Shown here: piece after piece, positions 13,209 to 22,485 of the stretch
How positions within the stretch are numbered: position 1 is the first letter of the stretch
Layout: every line of letters begins with the position of its first letter
Source: Flavobacteriaceae bacterium
Lineage (GTDB): Bacteria; Bacteroidota; Bacteroidia; Flavobacteriales; Flavobacteriaceae
Length of the DNA stretch: 32,000 bases
Assembly (NCBI GenBank): GCA_965224465.1
Contig: OZ245049.1
Coordinates: 5,010,001-5,042,000 of the forward strand
Direction of reading: 5' to 3'
Program-made: the position numbers and the translations under genes
Notes under the pieces: model-generated
Databases searched by the model: none
What the model was told of the DNA's origin: nothing
Seen by the model: only the letters and a program-made list of their open reading frames with translations

Positions 13209-13229
13209 TGTACCTAAGTGTAAATATAG

Positions 13230-13757
13230 ATGATTTTTGCAGGATTAAAACGAAAAACGCTTCAAACTTTTTTTGATAAAAAGCGCCAAGAAATAAAAGA
13301 TAGAGTTTCAGAGAAAAACTCAAGAAAAATTAGAAAAATAGGTGTACTTCTTACCGATGATATTGAAGGCCCTTCTGTGGTTCATAATCTGATAAAAGTA
13401 TTTGGTTTTGAGAAACATCAAATCACTTTTTTGGTACATAAACCTCAATTGAATGTAAAAAAAGAAGCCAATACCGAAGGTAAATTCGGGAATTCAGATT
13501 TTGGTTGGTTTGGACGTATTAATAATCCGTTAGTGCAAGATTTTATACAATCCGACTTTGATTTGTTAATAAACTACAGTGAAAAAAGTAATTTGTATAT
13601 AGATGTCTTAGTTTTGCTTTCAAAAGCCTCATTTAAGGTAAGTCATGCAGGAATTAACGACGATTTATACGATTTAGTTGTAGCAACAGGTCTAAAAGAT
13701 GTATCCATTTTAAATGAAGAGGCAAAAAAATATTTACAGATTTTAAAAAAATTATAA
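13230..13757 (+). CDS. conserved hypothetical protein (175 aa), co-transcribed with dapA
   Basis: Long ORF. Its stop overlaps the dapA start (TAATG). No catalytic motif recognised. Confidence 0.6.
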   Translation: MIFAGLKRKTLQTFFDKKRQEIKDRVSEKNSRKIRKIGVLLTDDIEGPSVVHNLIKVFGFEKHQITFLVHKPQLNVKKEANTEGKFGNSDFGWFGRINNPLVQDFIQSDFDLLINYSEKSNLYIDVLVLLSKASFKVSHAGINDDLYDLVVATGLKDVSILNEEAKKYLQILKKL

Positions 13758-14635
13758 TGAACAAATTTTTCGGAACAGGAGTAGCGCTAGTAACCCCATT
13801 TAATGCTGATAAAACAGTAGATACAAAAGGGTTGGAGCGGTTGGTGAAGTTTCAGATAACCAATGGAATTAATTATTTGGTTGTATTGGGAACAACAGGA
13901 GAGCCTGCCACACTTACTTCAGAAGAAAAAGAACTTGTAAAAAAGACGATTGTCAAGGCAAATAATGGAGTGTTGCCTTTGGTATTGGGAATAGGAGGGA
14001 ACAATACAGCAGAAGTAGTGGAAGAGGTACAAGCTACAGATTTAAGTGATTTTGATGCTGTTTTATCTGTTTCTCCTTATTATAATAGACCTACCCAAGA
14101 GGGGATTTATCAGCATTTCTTAGCCGTAGGGAAAGCCTGCCCTAAACCTATTATTATATACAATGTTCCAAGTAGAACAGGTTCAAATATTGAGGTGACT
14201 ACTGTGGTACGCTTGGCGAATGATTGTAAAAATATTATCGCAGTAAAAGAAGCTGCAGGTGATTTGGTACAAGCCATGCAATTGATACAGCGTACGCCAA
14301 AAGATTTTATGGTGATTTCTGGTGATGATGCCATTGCTTTACCTATAACTTTGGCAGGTGGAGCAGGTGTTATTTCAGTAATCGGTCAGGGGTTGCCAGA
14401 AAAATTTGCTAAATTAATTGACTTAGGTTTACAAAATGATGCTAAAAATTCCTTTACTTTACAGTATCAAATATTGGAGAGTATAGATTTGATCTTTAGT
14501 GAGGGTAATCCTGCTGGAATCAAGGCAATGCTTCAACAATTAGATATTTGTTCTGACGAAGTTCGCTTGCCTTTGGTAAAGGCTTCTGCAGAATTACATA
14601 AAAAAATACATACCTTTATTAAAAACTATAAATAG
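13757..14635 (+). CDS. dapA: 4-hydroxy-tetrahydrodipicolinate synthase
   Basis: [51 protein letters not shown] and AVKEAAGD are the canonical DapA/DHDPS blocks. 292 aa. Confidence 0.92.
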   Translation: MNKFFGTGVALVTPFNADKTVDTKGLERLVKFQITNGINYLVVLGTTGEPATLTSEEKELVKKTIVKANNGVLPLVLGIGGNNTAEVVEEVQATDLSDFDAVLSVSPYYNRPTQEGIYQHFLAVGKACPKPIIIYNVPSRTGSNIEVTTVVRLANDCKNIIAVKEAAGDLVQAMQLIQRTPKDFMVISGDDAIALPITLAGGAGVISVIGQGLPEKFAKLIDLGLQNDAKNSFTLQYQILESIDLIFSEGNPAGIKAMLQQLDICSDEVRLPLVKASAELHKKIHTFIKNYK

Positions 14636-14641
14636 TTTACT

Positions 14642-15160
14642 ATGATATCAGACTCTATACAAAAAGCATTGAATAAACAAATAAGAATTGAGGCAGAATC
14701 TTCTCAAATTTATTTGGCCATGGCATCATGGGCAGAATTACAAGGATTGGAAGGAGTTGCACAATTTATGTATAACCAATCAGAGGAAGAGCGTTTGCAT
14801 ATGCTAAAATTGTTTCGTTATGTAAACGAACGAGGAGGACGTGCTCAAGTAAGTGCATTGAACGGACCTAATTTAGAATTTGGATCATTCAAAGAAATGT
14901 TCGAAACCTTATTTCAACACGAGTTGTTTGTATCTGAAAGTATCAACGAGTTGGTACATCTTACTTTTGAAAATAAAGATTATGCGACACATAATTTCTT
15001 ACAGTGGTATGTGGCAGAACAAATAGAGGAAGAAGCACAAGCACGTATGATTTTAGATAAAATAAAATTAATTGGAGATAATACAGCAGGATTGTATTTG
15101 TTTGATAATGATATTAAACAAATCTCAGCAACAGCACAAGCAGCAGCAGAAGGACTGTAG
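14642..15160 (+). CDS. non-heme ferritin
   Basis: LNKQIRIEAESSQIYLAMASWAE..GLEG.AQF...QSEEERLHMLKLFRYVNERGG shows the ferritin-like di-iron ligand pattern. 172 aa. Confidence 0.88.
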   Translation: MISDSIQKALNKQIRIEAESSQIYLAMASWAELQGLEGVAQFMYNQSEEERLHMLKLFRYVNERGGRAQVSALNGPNLEFGSFKEMFETLFQHELFVSESINELVHLTFENKDYATHNFLQWYVAEQIEEEAQARMILDKIKLIGDNTAGLYLFDNDIKQISATAQAAAEGL

Positions 15161-15265
15161 TATTAACATACAATTATGAATACAGATGCTTTATTAATTA
15201 AATAGCTTGTTATTTTTGTGATTCATAAATCAAGTAAAAAATTTTATTAATCCAACTTAAATAAC

Positions 15266-15273
15266 TAGTTTTG
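15266..15273 (+). promoter_or_regulatory. possible -7 promoter element (TAnnTTTG) directly before bamD
   Basis: TAGTTTTG ends 4 nt before the ATG at 15278. If it is functional, the mRNA would be nearly leaderless. Supported by motif match only. Confidence 0.2.
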
Positions 15274-15277
15274 CAAA

Positions 15278-16096
15278 ATGCAAAAAATTAAAAATTTTTC
15301 AATCATACTGTTGGCGGCTATTAGCTTAGTGTCATGTAGTGAGTACCAGAAAGTATTAAATAAAGGGACAAAACAGGAGCAATATAAGTTAGCTACTAAA
15401 TTATACGAACAACAAAAATTTTCAAAATGTTTGCAGTTATTTGAGAAAATAACACCTGCATATCGCGGAAAACCACAAATGGAACGTATTCAATACATGG
15501 TTTCACAAGCGCATTATAATACAGGAGATTATACGATGGCAGCATATTATTTTGATAAGTTTGCAAAAAATTATCCAAATAGTTCTAAAAAGGAAGACGC
15601 TGCTTTTTTATCTGCCGATAGTTATTATTTAGATTCGCCTAGGTACAGTTTGGATCAAAAACAAACCAATGAGGCTTTAAATGCATTGCAGAAGTTTATT
15701 TATGAATATCCAAATTCTGAGAGATTGCCACAAGCAAATCAAAAGATCAAAGTACTGACACATAAGTTAGAAAAAAAATCATTTGAAATAGCAAGACAGT
15801 ATTACCATACAGGAAATTACCGTGCATCTATCACTTCGTTTGATAATTTATTATCAGATCACTTGGGGACTTCTTATAAGGAAGAGGCTTTGTTTTATAA
15901 GTTAAAAGCAGCACATGATTTAGGAATTAAGAGTTTTTATACAAAAAAAGAAGTACGATTAAAAGACGCAAAAAAAGCGTACGAAAAGTTTAATCGTAAT
16001 TTTCCAGCATCACCATTTAAAAAAGAGGCTGATAAGTTAATGGAAAACATAACCAAAGAAATAAACGCATTAGAAGCACTAACAGTAGAAAAATAA
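15278..16096 (+). CDS. bamD: outer membrane protein assembly factor BamD (TPR lipoprotein)
   Basis: Lipobox LVSC|SE. TPR-like helical repeats with the YPNS...A motif present twice (FAKNYPNSSKKEDAAF, IYEYPNSERLPQA). It holds the position before rpoZ-like and coaBC that I recall as conserved in Flavobacteriia. Confidence 0.8.
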   Translation: MQKIKNFSIILLAAISLVSCSEYQKVLNKGTKQEQYKLATKLYEQQKFSKCLQLFEKITPAYRGKPQMERIQYMVSQAHYNTGDYTMAAYYFDKFAKNYPNSSKKEDAAFLSADSYYLDSPRYSLDQKQTNEALNALQKFIYEYPNSERLPQANQKIKVLTHKLEKKSFEIARQYYHTGNYRASITSFDNLLSDHLGTSYKEEALFYKLKAAHDLGIKSFYTKKEVRLKDAKKAYEKFNRNFPASPFKKEADKLMENITKEINALEALTVEK

Positions 16097-16100
16097 AGCA

Positions 16101-16427
16101 ATGGATTATAAAAACACACAAGCAGAAGTATCAACAGTTACTTATGATAAAGTTAAGATTGAAGAAACTACGCAGAATATTTACGAAGCTATTTCTATAA
16201 TTGCAAAAAGAGCGACGCAAATAAATGGAGATTTGAAGAATGAGCTTGTTGAGAAATTAGAAGAATTTGCAACTCATAACGATAGTTTGGATGAGGTTTT
16301 TGAAAACAAAGAGCAAATAGAAGTTTCTAAGTTTTACGAAAAATTACCAAAATCTACTGCTATGGCAGTTCAAGAATGGTTGGAAGGAAGAGTGTATCAC
16401 AGAAATCCAGAAAACGATAACCAATAA
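16101..16427 (+). CDS. rpoZ: DNA-directed RNA polymerase omega subunit-like protein
   Basis: 108 aa. NIYEAISIIAKRATQIN resembles the omega/Rpb6 core helix. Position between bamD and coaBC. Confidence 0.55.
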   Translation: MDYKNTQAEVSTVTYDKVKIEETTQNIYEAISIIAKRATQINGDLKNELVEKLEEFATHNDSLDEVFENKEQIEVSKFYEKLPKSTAMAVQEWLEGRVYHRNPENDNQ

Positions 16428-16444
16428 TCTTATACATTACAACG

Positions 16445-17656
16445 ATGTCTGTATTAAAAGGTAAAAAAATAGTGTTAGGCATTTCAGCCGGAATAGCAGC
16501 CTATAAAACAGCACATCTTGTAAGATATTTTATAAAAGCAGGAGCCGAGATACGTGTTATCATGACTCCTGCTTCTAAGGATTTTGTAACGCCACTTACA
16601 TTATCTACACTTTCTAAGTATCCTGTTGCCTCTGATTTTTTTAATAAAAATGATGACAGTGCAAAATGGAATAGCCATGTAGCATACGGTTTGTGGGCAG
16701 ATTTTATGATTATTGCCCCAGCTACGGCTAATACTATGGCAAAAATGGCTCATGGGATTTGTGATAATTTATTATTAGCAACTTATTTGTCTGCAAAATG
16801 CCCCGTGTATTTTGCACCCACCATGGATTTGGATATGTATTTACATCCAAGTACTTTAAAAAACATTCAAACATTAACTTCTTTTGGGAACATTTGTATT
16901 CCAGCGACTTCTGGAGAACTTGCGAGTGGTTTAGTCGGAGAAGGAAGAATGGCTGAACCTGAATCAATTGTTGCATTTATCACAGAAAAATTGTCTCAAG
17001 ATTTACCTCTTAAAGGTAAAAAAGTGATGATAACTGCTGGACCTACGTATGAATCTATAGACCCTGTTCGGTTTATAGGAAATCATTCATCGGGAAAAAT
17101 GGGGTTTGAATTGGCCAAAGAAGCCGCCAATTTAGGTGCAGAAGTGCTATTGATTTCTGGACCAAGTCACGAATTAGTTTCACATACATCGATTCTACGT
17201 GTAGATGTCGTAAGTGCCCAAAATATGTATGATGCGGCACATGTGGAATACTCGGACTGTGATATTGTGATTTGTGCAGCGGCAGTAGCAGATTATACAC
17301 CAAAGCATGTGTCAACCTTAAAAATTAAAAAAACAACAGGTGATTTAGCACTTGATTTAGTCAAAACAAAAGATATTTTAGCGTCATTGGGTGCTGTGAA
17401 AAAAACACAGTTTTTAGTCGGTTTTGCTTTAGAAACTGATAACGAAATCCCCAACGCTTTAGAGAAACTAAAGAAGAAAAATTTAGATCTTATCGTCTTA
17501 AATTCATTGCAAGACAAAGGAGCAGGATTTAAAAAAAGTACGAATAAAGTCACTTTAATTGATAAATCGGAAAAAATTTCGGAATTTAGTCTCAAATCTA
17601 AAGCAGCTGTTGCAGTAGATATATTTAACGAGATAATTTCAAAAATTAATGCGTAA
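16445..17656 (+). CDS. coaBC: bifunctional phosphopantothenoylcysteine decarboxylase / phosphopantothenate-cysteine ligase
   Basis: GKKIVLGISAGIAAYK, IIAPATANTMAKMAHGICDNLL (flavoprotein half), KKVMITAGPTYESIDPVRFIGNHSSGKMG and AAAVADY (ligase half). 403 aa. Confidence 0.92.
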   Translation: MSVLKGKKIVLGISAGIAAYKTAHLVRYFIKAGAEIRVIMTPASKDFVTPLTLSTLSKYPVASDFFNKNDDSAKWNSHVAYGLWADFMIIAPATANTMAKMAHGICDNLLLATYLSAKCPVYFAPTMDLDMYLHPSTLKNIQTLTSFGNICIPATSGELASGLVGEGRMAEPESIVAFITEKLSQDLPLKGKKVMITAGPTYESIDPVRFIGNHSSGKMGFELAKEAANLGAEVLLISGPSHELVSHTSILRVDVVSAQNMYDAAHVEYSDCDIVICAAAVADYTPKHVSTLKIKKTTGDLALDLVKTKDILASLGAVKKTQFLVGFALETDNEIPNALEKLKKKNLDLIVLNSLQDKGAGFKKSTNKVTLIDKSEKISEFSLKSKAAVAVDIFNEIISKINA

Positions 17657-18536
17657 TATTTTTTTAGTAGCTTTTATGCTCATCGTTTCAAATAGTGTAC
17701 AGGCACAAGAATTAAATTGTTCCATCACTGTCAATGCAAATAAAATCCCGGGATCTAATAAACAAGTGTTTAAAACGCTAGAAAACACATTGAGCGAATT
17801 TGTAAATCGTAAGAAATGGACTTCCTTAGCGTATAAAACACAAGAGCGTATTACTTGTAATATGACCATTACCATTACGGAATATTCTGGAGATGCCTTT
17901 AAAGGAAATATACAAATACAAACATCTAGACCTGTATATGGCTCGGTATATGTAAGTCCAGTTTTTAATTTTAAAGACGATTATTTTTCTTTTAATTATA
18001 CCGAATATCAACCTTTACAATACAGTAAAGATAATTATGATTCTAATTTGGAATCTCTCATCACCTTTTATGTCTACACTATTTTAGGAATGGATGCAGA
18101 TAGTTTTGCTCCAAGTGGAGGCACAAAATATTTTAAAACGGCACAAAATATTTTAGTTTTAGCCCAGCAAAGTGGTTTTAAAGGATGGAATCAGAATGAT
18201 GGCAATCGTACTAGATATACGTTGATCGATAATTTATTGTCACCTGCCTATGCCGATTTTAGAAGTGCATCCTATATATATCATAGAAAAGGACTGGATA
18301 TTATGGCTTCGGATATTAAAACAGGGAAAATATTTATTGCGGAATCTATCCAATTATTAAAAAATGTGTACGATAGCCGTCCACAAGCGTATTTGTTACG
18401 TGTTTTTATGGATTCTAAAGCCAGTGAAATTGCTGATGTTTTTAGCGATGGTCCCTTATTTAATACCAGTCAATTAAAAAATAATCTTCAGAAAATTTCT
18501 CCCTTGAATGCTGATAACTGGGTGAAAATAAAATAG
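17649..18536 (+). CDS. DUF4835-family (PorD-like) secreted protein
   Basis: Signal peptide ending VQAQ|E. QELNCSITVNANKIPGSNKQVFKTLENTLSEFVNRKKWT matches my recollection of the DUF4835 N-terminus. The start overlaps the coaBC stop by 8 nt. Confidence 0.6.
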   Translation: MRNIFLVAFMLIVSNSVQAQELNCSITVNANKIPGSNKQVFKTLENTLSEFVNRKKWTSLAYKTQERITCNMTITITEYSGDAFKGNIQIQTSRPVYGSVYVSPVFNFKDDYFSFNYTEYQPLQYSKDNYDSNLESLITFYVYTILGMDADSFAPSGGTKYFKTAQNILVLAQQSGFKGWNQNDGNRTRYTLIDNLLSPAYADFRSASYIYHRKGLDIMASDIKTGKIFIAESIQLLKNVYDSRPQAYLLRVFMDSKASEIADVFSDGPLFNTSQLKNNLQKISPLNADNWVKIK

Positions 18537-18561
18537 TATTTTTGCTTAAACACATTGAATC

Positions 18562-20220
18562 TTGTTAACAAAACTTTATATAAATAATTACGCTTTAATC
18601 GATACGTTAAATATCGAATTTAAGAAAGATTTATCCATCATCACTGGTGAAACTGGAGCAGGGAAGTCTATCCTTTTAGGTGCCCTTGGTCTTGTGCTCG
18701 GTAATAGGGCAGACCTAAGTGTCTTAAAAAAATCTTCAGATAAGTGTATTATAGAAGCCGAATTTGATATCCAACACTACGGATTGGAAAAATATTTTAA
18801 ACAATCAGACCTTGACTTTGAACCGCAAACCATTATCCGCCGCGAAATTTTACCCAGTGGTAAATCACGTGTTTTTATAAATGATACTCCTGCAAATTTA
18901 AAAGTATTGCAAGGGCTAGGATCTAGTTTGATTGACATACACTCGCAACATCAAACTATGAAACTGTCTGATACTGATTTTCAGTGTATGGTAGTGGATG
19001 CGTTGGCTGCCAATAAAACGGTACTTGTGTCTTACGCAAAAGGATTAAAAGTTTACAAACAATGCAAAAAGGAATTGCAAGAATTGTTAGACAATCAAAA
19101 GGAATTATCTGAGAAATACGAATACAACAATCACTTGTTTCAAGAATTGGAAGATGCACATCTTAAAATTGGTGAACAGCAAGAGGTTGAAGCAGATTTG
19201 GCGATCTTAAATAATAGTGAAGAGATTAAACTTAATTTGTCTGAAGCAATAGCAATTGGAAGTTCTGAAGAAGTGGGCTTGCAAAGTGTAAGTCATAATT
19301 TCTGGAATAATTTGAAAAAAATTGCACCTTTTGGAGCCGTTTATAAAGGATTGAGCAAGCGTATAGAAAGTATTGTAATTGAGTTAGATGATATTGTTTC
19401 GGAATTGGAAACCTTAGACGAAAGTGTTCAGTACGATCCTTCGGAAATAGAACGATTGAACGATCGCTTGCAATTGATGTATGATTTACAGAAAAAACAT
19501 CAAGTAGATACTGTTGAAGGATTGCTTGAAAAACAACGTGAATTATCAGAAATAGTAGCGGTATCAGGTAGTATTTCAGAGAGTATCGATGCCAAAAAAA
19601 TGGAATTGTTAGCCCTTGAAAATAAGGTGCTCGGTTTCGCAGATAAAATACATGAGAATCGCTTGGTTGCCATTCCAAAATTAACCAAACAATTGCATAA
19701 AGTGCTCGGTGTATTGGGAATGGAAAATGCGCAGTTTAGTATTGCTCTTGAGAAAACCAGTCAATTTATGTATAATGGTACAGATACGTTGGAATGGTTG
19801 TTGTCTGCAAATAAAGGAGGTAATTTTGGAACCTTGAAAAAAGTAGCCTCTGGTGGTGAATTGTCTAGAATTATGCTGGCTGTAAAAGTAATATTATCAA
19901 AATACACCAAATTACCTACCATCATTTTTGATGAAATTGACACTGGAGTTTCAGGAGATATCGCTAATAAAATGGGGGAAATTATGCAGTTTATGAGTGC
20001 CAATATGCAGGTGATTTCTATTACCCATTTACCGCAGATTGCTGCCAAAGGAAACCAGCATTACAAAGTGTATAAGCAAGTAAAAAAGAATGTTACAATA
20101 ACGCATTTAAAGGCCTTGACTACCGAAGAGCGTATTGTTGAAATTGCTGAAATGTTGGAAGGGAAAAATGCCTCTGATACAGCAGTTAAACATGCGAAGC
20201 AATTATTAAATGTGCTGTAA
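18562..20220 (+). CDS. recN: DNA repair protein RecN (TTG start)
   Basis: MLTKLYINNYALID...ITGETGAGKSILLGALGLVLG (Walker A), a long coiled-coil middle region, then ASGGELSRIMLAVK and IIFDEIDTGVSG (signature and Walker B). A TGA lies 2 codons upstream of the TTG. Confidence 0.92.
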   Translation: MLTKLYINNYALIDTLNIEFKKDLSIITGETGAGKSILLGALGLVLGNRADLSVLKKSSDKCIIEAEFDIQHYGLEKYFKQSDLDFEPQTIIRREILPSGKSRVFINDTPANLKVLQGLGSSLIDIHSQHQTMKLSDTDFQCMVVDALAANKTVLVSYAKGLKVYKQCKKELQELLDNQKELSEKYEYNNHLFQELEDAHLKIGEQQEVEADLAILNNSEEIKLNLSEAIAIGSSEEVGLQSVSHNFWNNLKKIAPFGAVYKGLSKRIESIVIELDDIVSELETLDESVQYDPSEIERLNDRLQLMYDLQKKHQVDTVEGLLEKQRELSEIVAVSGSISESIDAKKMELLALENKVLGFADKIHENRLVAIPKLTKQLHKVLGVLGMENAQFSIALEKTSQFMYNGTDTLEWLLSANKGGNFGTLKKVASGGELSRIMLAVKVILSKYTKLPTIIFDEIDTGVSGDIANKMGEIMQFMSANMQVISITHLPQIAAKGNQHYKVYKQVKKNVTITHLKALTTEERIVEIAEMLEGKNASDTAVKHAKQLLNVL

Positions 20221-20229
20221 ATAAGAAAT

Positions 20230-21039
20230 ATGTACAATATACTTAAAGGTAAAAAAGGAATTATTTTTGGCGCATTAGATCCTCAATCTATCGCTTGGAA
20301 AACAGCAGAGAGAGCCTCCGAAGAAGGCGCTACTTTTGTATTGACAAATGCACCTGCTGCTATGCGTATGGGAAGTATTGATGTATTGGCAAAAAAAACA
20401 AATTCAGTGGTTATTCCTGCAGATGCTACTTCTGTCAAGGATCTTCAACTATTGGTTGAGAAATCTCAAGAAATTTTAGGAGGTAAATTGGATTTTGTTT
20501 TACATGCTATCGGTATGTCTGTAAACGTACGTAAAAAAAGAGTCTATACAGATTTGAATTATGATTTTTCTGTAAAAGGATGGGATGTTTCGGCATTGTC
20601 TTTTCATAAAGTGATGTCGGTATTGTACAACGCAAAAGCCATGAATAAATGGGGAAGTATTATTGCTTTGAGCTATGTGGCTGCTCAGCGTGTTTTTCCA
20701 GACTATAATGATATGGCTGATAATAAAGCGTATTTAGAATCTATAGCTCGTAGTTTTGGCTATTATTTCGGAAAAGAATTCAACGTTAGGGTGAATACCA
20801 TTTCTCAATCACCAACCATAACTACCGCAGGGAAAGGAGTGAAAGGCCTACACGGTTTTTTAAAATATGCTGATAAAATGGCGCCTTTAGGGAATGCAAC
20901 CGCGTTGGAATGTGCTGATTATACCATTAGTATGTTTTCTGATTTGACACGAAAAGTGACTTTGCAAAATTTGTTTCACGATGGAGGGTTTTCTAATGTT
21001 GGAATGAGTAAAGAAGTGATGGATATTTTTTCTGAATAA
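20230..21039 (+). CDS. fabI: enoyl-[acyl-carrier-protein] reductase (NADH), FabI type
   Basis: LKGKKGIIFGALDPQSIAW (Gly-rich NAD site of FabI), SYVAAQRVFPDYNDMADNKAYLES (Y-x6-K region) and NTISQSPTITTAG. 269 aa. Confidence 0.85.
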   Translation: MYNILKGKKGIIFGALDPQSIAWKTAERASEEGATFVLTNAPAAMRMGSIDVLAKKTNSVVIPADATSVKDLQLLVEKSQEILGGKLDFVLHAIGMSVNVRKKRVYTDLNYDFSVKGWDVSALSFHKVMSVLYNAKAMNKWGSIIALSYVAAQRVFPDYNDMADNKAYLESIARSFGYYFGKEFNVRVNTISQSPTITTAGKGVKGLHGFLKYADKMAPLGNATALECADYTISMFSDLTRKVTLQNLFHDGGFSNVGMSKEVMDIFSE

Positions 21040-21172
21040 AGGATTGCTTTGAAAGCAAAAGAAATATTAAAGGCTAATAATTAAAATAGAGCTTACAACC
21101 AATAACACCTTCTAAACACGTTTCCATTTTTTTTCTGGGAAGACGTCTAAGGAGTGGCTTACCATACAATTC

Positions 21173-22132
21173 ATGATTCTACACTATTCCATCATCGTAC
21201 CAGTTTATAATAGACCTCAAGAAATTCTAGAATTATTGAAGAGTTTGGAGGAACAATCTTATAAAGAATTTGAAGTAATTATTGTTGAAGATGGCTCTGA
21301 TGTTTCTGCGAAAGAAATTGTACAATCGTTTCGAGACACCTTAAATGTTCATTATTTTTTTAAACCCAATTCTGGAGCTGGACAAAGTAGGAATTTTGGA
21401 ATGGACAAAGCACAGGGGAATTACTTTTTAATTTTGGATTCGGATGTTATTGTCCCCAAAGATTATGTCTTTGAAATCAACAAAAGACTTTCTAAAGATT
21501 TTACCGATGCTTTTGGCGGTCCAGACGCAGCCCATCCTTCTTTTACGGTATTGCAAAAAGCCATTGACTATTCTATGACATCCCTTCTTACTACCGGAGG
21601 AATTCGAGGGAATAAAAATGCTAAAAACAAATTTCAACCTAGAAGTTTTAATTTAGGCATCTCTAAAAAAGCATTTGAAAAGACAAAAGGTTTTTCTAAA
21701 ATGAAGATAGGGGAGGATATAGATTTAACGTTTCGGTTATGGGATGCAGGTTTTGATACACAATTAATCGTAGAAGCCTATGTATTTCATAAGCGTAGAA
21801 GTACCTTAAGACAATTTTACGTGCAGACTAATAATTTTGGCTACGCACGTCCATTTTTAAATAAAAAGTTTCCTAAAACTGCAAAAATCACATATTGGTT
21901 TCCTTTCGTTTTTTCTTTGTTTTTGCTGATAGCAGTATTGGGGTATGTTATGGGCTCAACGTTTTTAATTTCCTGTTTTGGAGTGTATTTTTGTATATTG
22001 TTTATAGACAGTATGTTTAGAAATAAAAATGTACTTGTGGCAACACTTAGTTGTATTACTACGATAGTTCAGTTTACAGGCTATGGGCTTGGTTTTTTGA
22101 AAGCTCAGTTTGTACTTTTTTTTAAGAAATAG
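21173..22132 (+). CDS. family 2 glycosyltransferase with C-terminal membrane helices
   Basis: SIIVPVYNRPQEILELLKSLEEQSYKEFEVIIVEDGS and LILDSDV (DxD) form a GT-A/GT2 signature. The C-terminal third is hydrophobic. Confidence 0.8.
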   Translation: MILHYSIIVPVYNRPQEILELLKSLEEQSYKEFEVIIVEDGSDVSAKEIVQSFRDTLNVHYFFKPNSGAGQSRNFGMDKAQGNYFLILDSDVIVPKDYVFEINKRLSKDFTDAFGGPDAAHPSFTVLQKAIDYSMTSLLTTGGIRGNKNAKNKFQPRSFNLGISKKAFEKTKGFSKMKIGEDIDLTFRLWDAGFDTQLIVEAYVFHKRRSTLRQFYVQTNNFGYARPFLNKKFPKTAKITYWFPFVFSLFLLIAVLGYVMGSTFLISCFGVYFCILFIDSMFRNKNVLVATLSCITTIVQFTGYGLGFLKAQFVLFFKK

Positions 22133-22258
22133 ATCGGTGAAAAATCACGAGGATACAGGATGTTATTTTACCTCTGATGAGTGTTCTCTTTTATAAGAGT
22201 TCTAGATCTGATGCGATCATGCCTTTTAGTTGTTGTTTCGTTTAGATTCCAAGGCTCT

Positions 22259-22390
22259 TTACAATCCAAAATAACCGATATAAATAGGTTGTTTTACGTT
22301 TTAGTATTGTTAAAAAACAGAACGATGGCAAGGCTGTCCTTAGATTTTCTGCCTAACTAAAACAAAACATAATTCCATTTCTAAACTGTC
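22259..22390 (-). repeat. intergenic repeat R2, copy C (inverted, carrying an internal ~45-nt extra segment)
   Basis: The reverse complement reads gacagtttag[45 nt]ccttgccatcgttctgttttttaacaatactaaaacgtaaaacaacctatttatatcggttattttggattgtaa. See copy A. Confidence 0.7.
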
Positions 22391-22433
22391 ACTTGAAAAT
22401 GTATTTGGTATCAATAAAAAATAATTCATTTCC

Positions 22434-22465
22434 ATAAAAAAAAGTGCCCTCTTTCGAAGGCACTT
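22434..22465 (-). terminator. rho-independent terminator of clpC
   Basis: On the minus strand: aagtgcc-ttcgaaagag-ggcactt followed by TTTTTTTT (plus-strand A-run about 22436-22443). It begins about 20 nt after the clpC stop. Confidence 0.7.
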
Positions 22466-22485
22466 CATATTATTTAGAAACTAAA

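Noticed and set aside
14110-20048. Minus-strand ORFs inside dapA, bamD, coaBC, the DUF4835 gene and recN (14110..14334, 15396..15578, 15937..16134, 16734..16976, 17073..17315, 17293..17595, 17639..17875, 17826..18011, 18956..19159, 19232..19678, 19500..19688, 19761..20048)
   Set aside because: All lie antisense within genes whose sense translations carry canonical family motifs, so they are shadow ORFs.
21040-21075. ttgctttgaaagcaa palindrome after fabI as a terminator
   Set aside because: With a realistic loop the stem is only about 5 bp, and no T-run follows. This is too weak to annotate.
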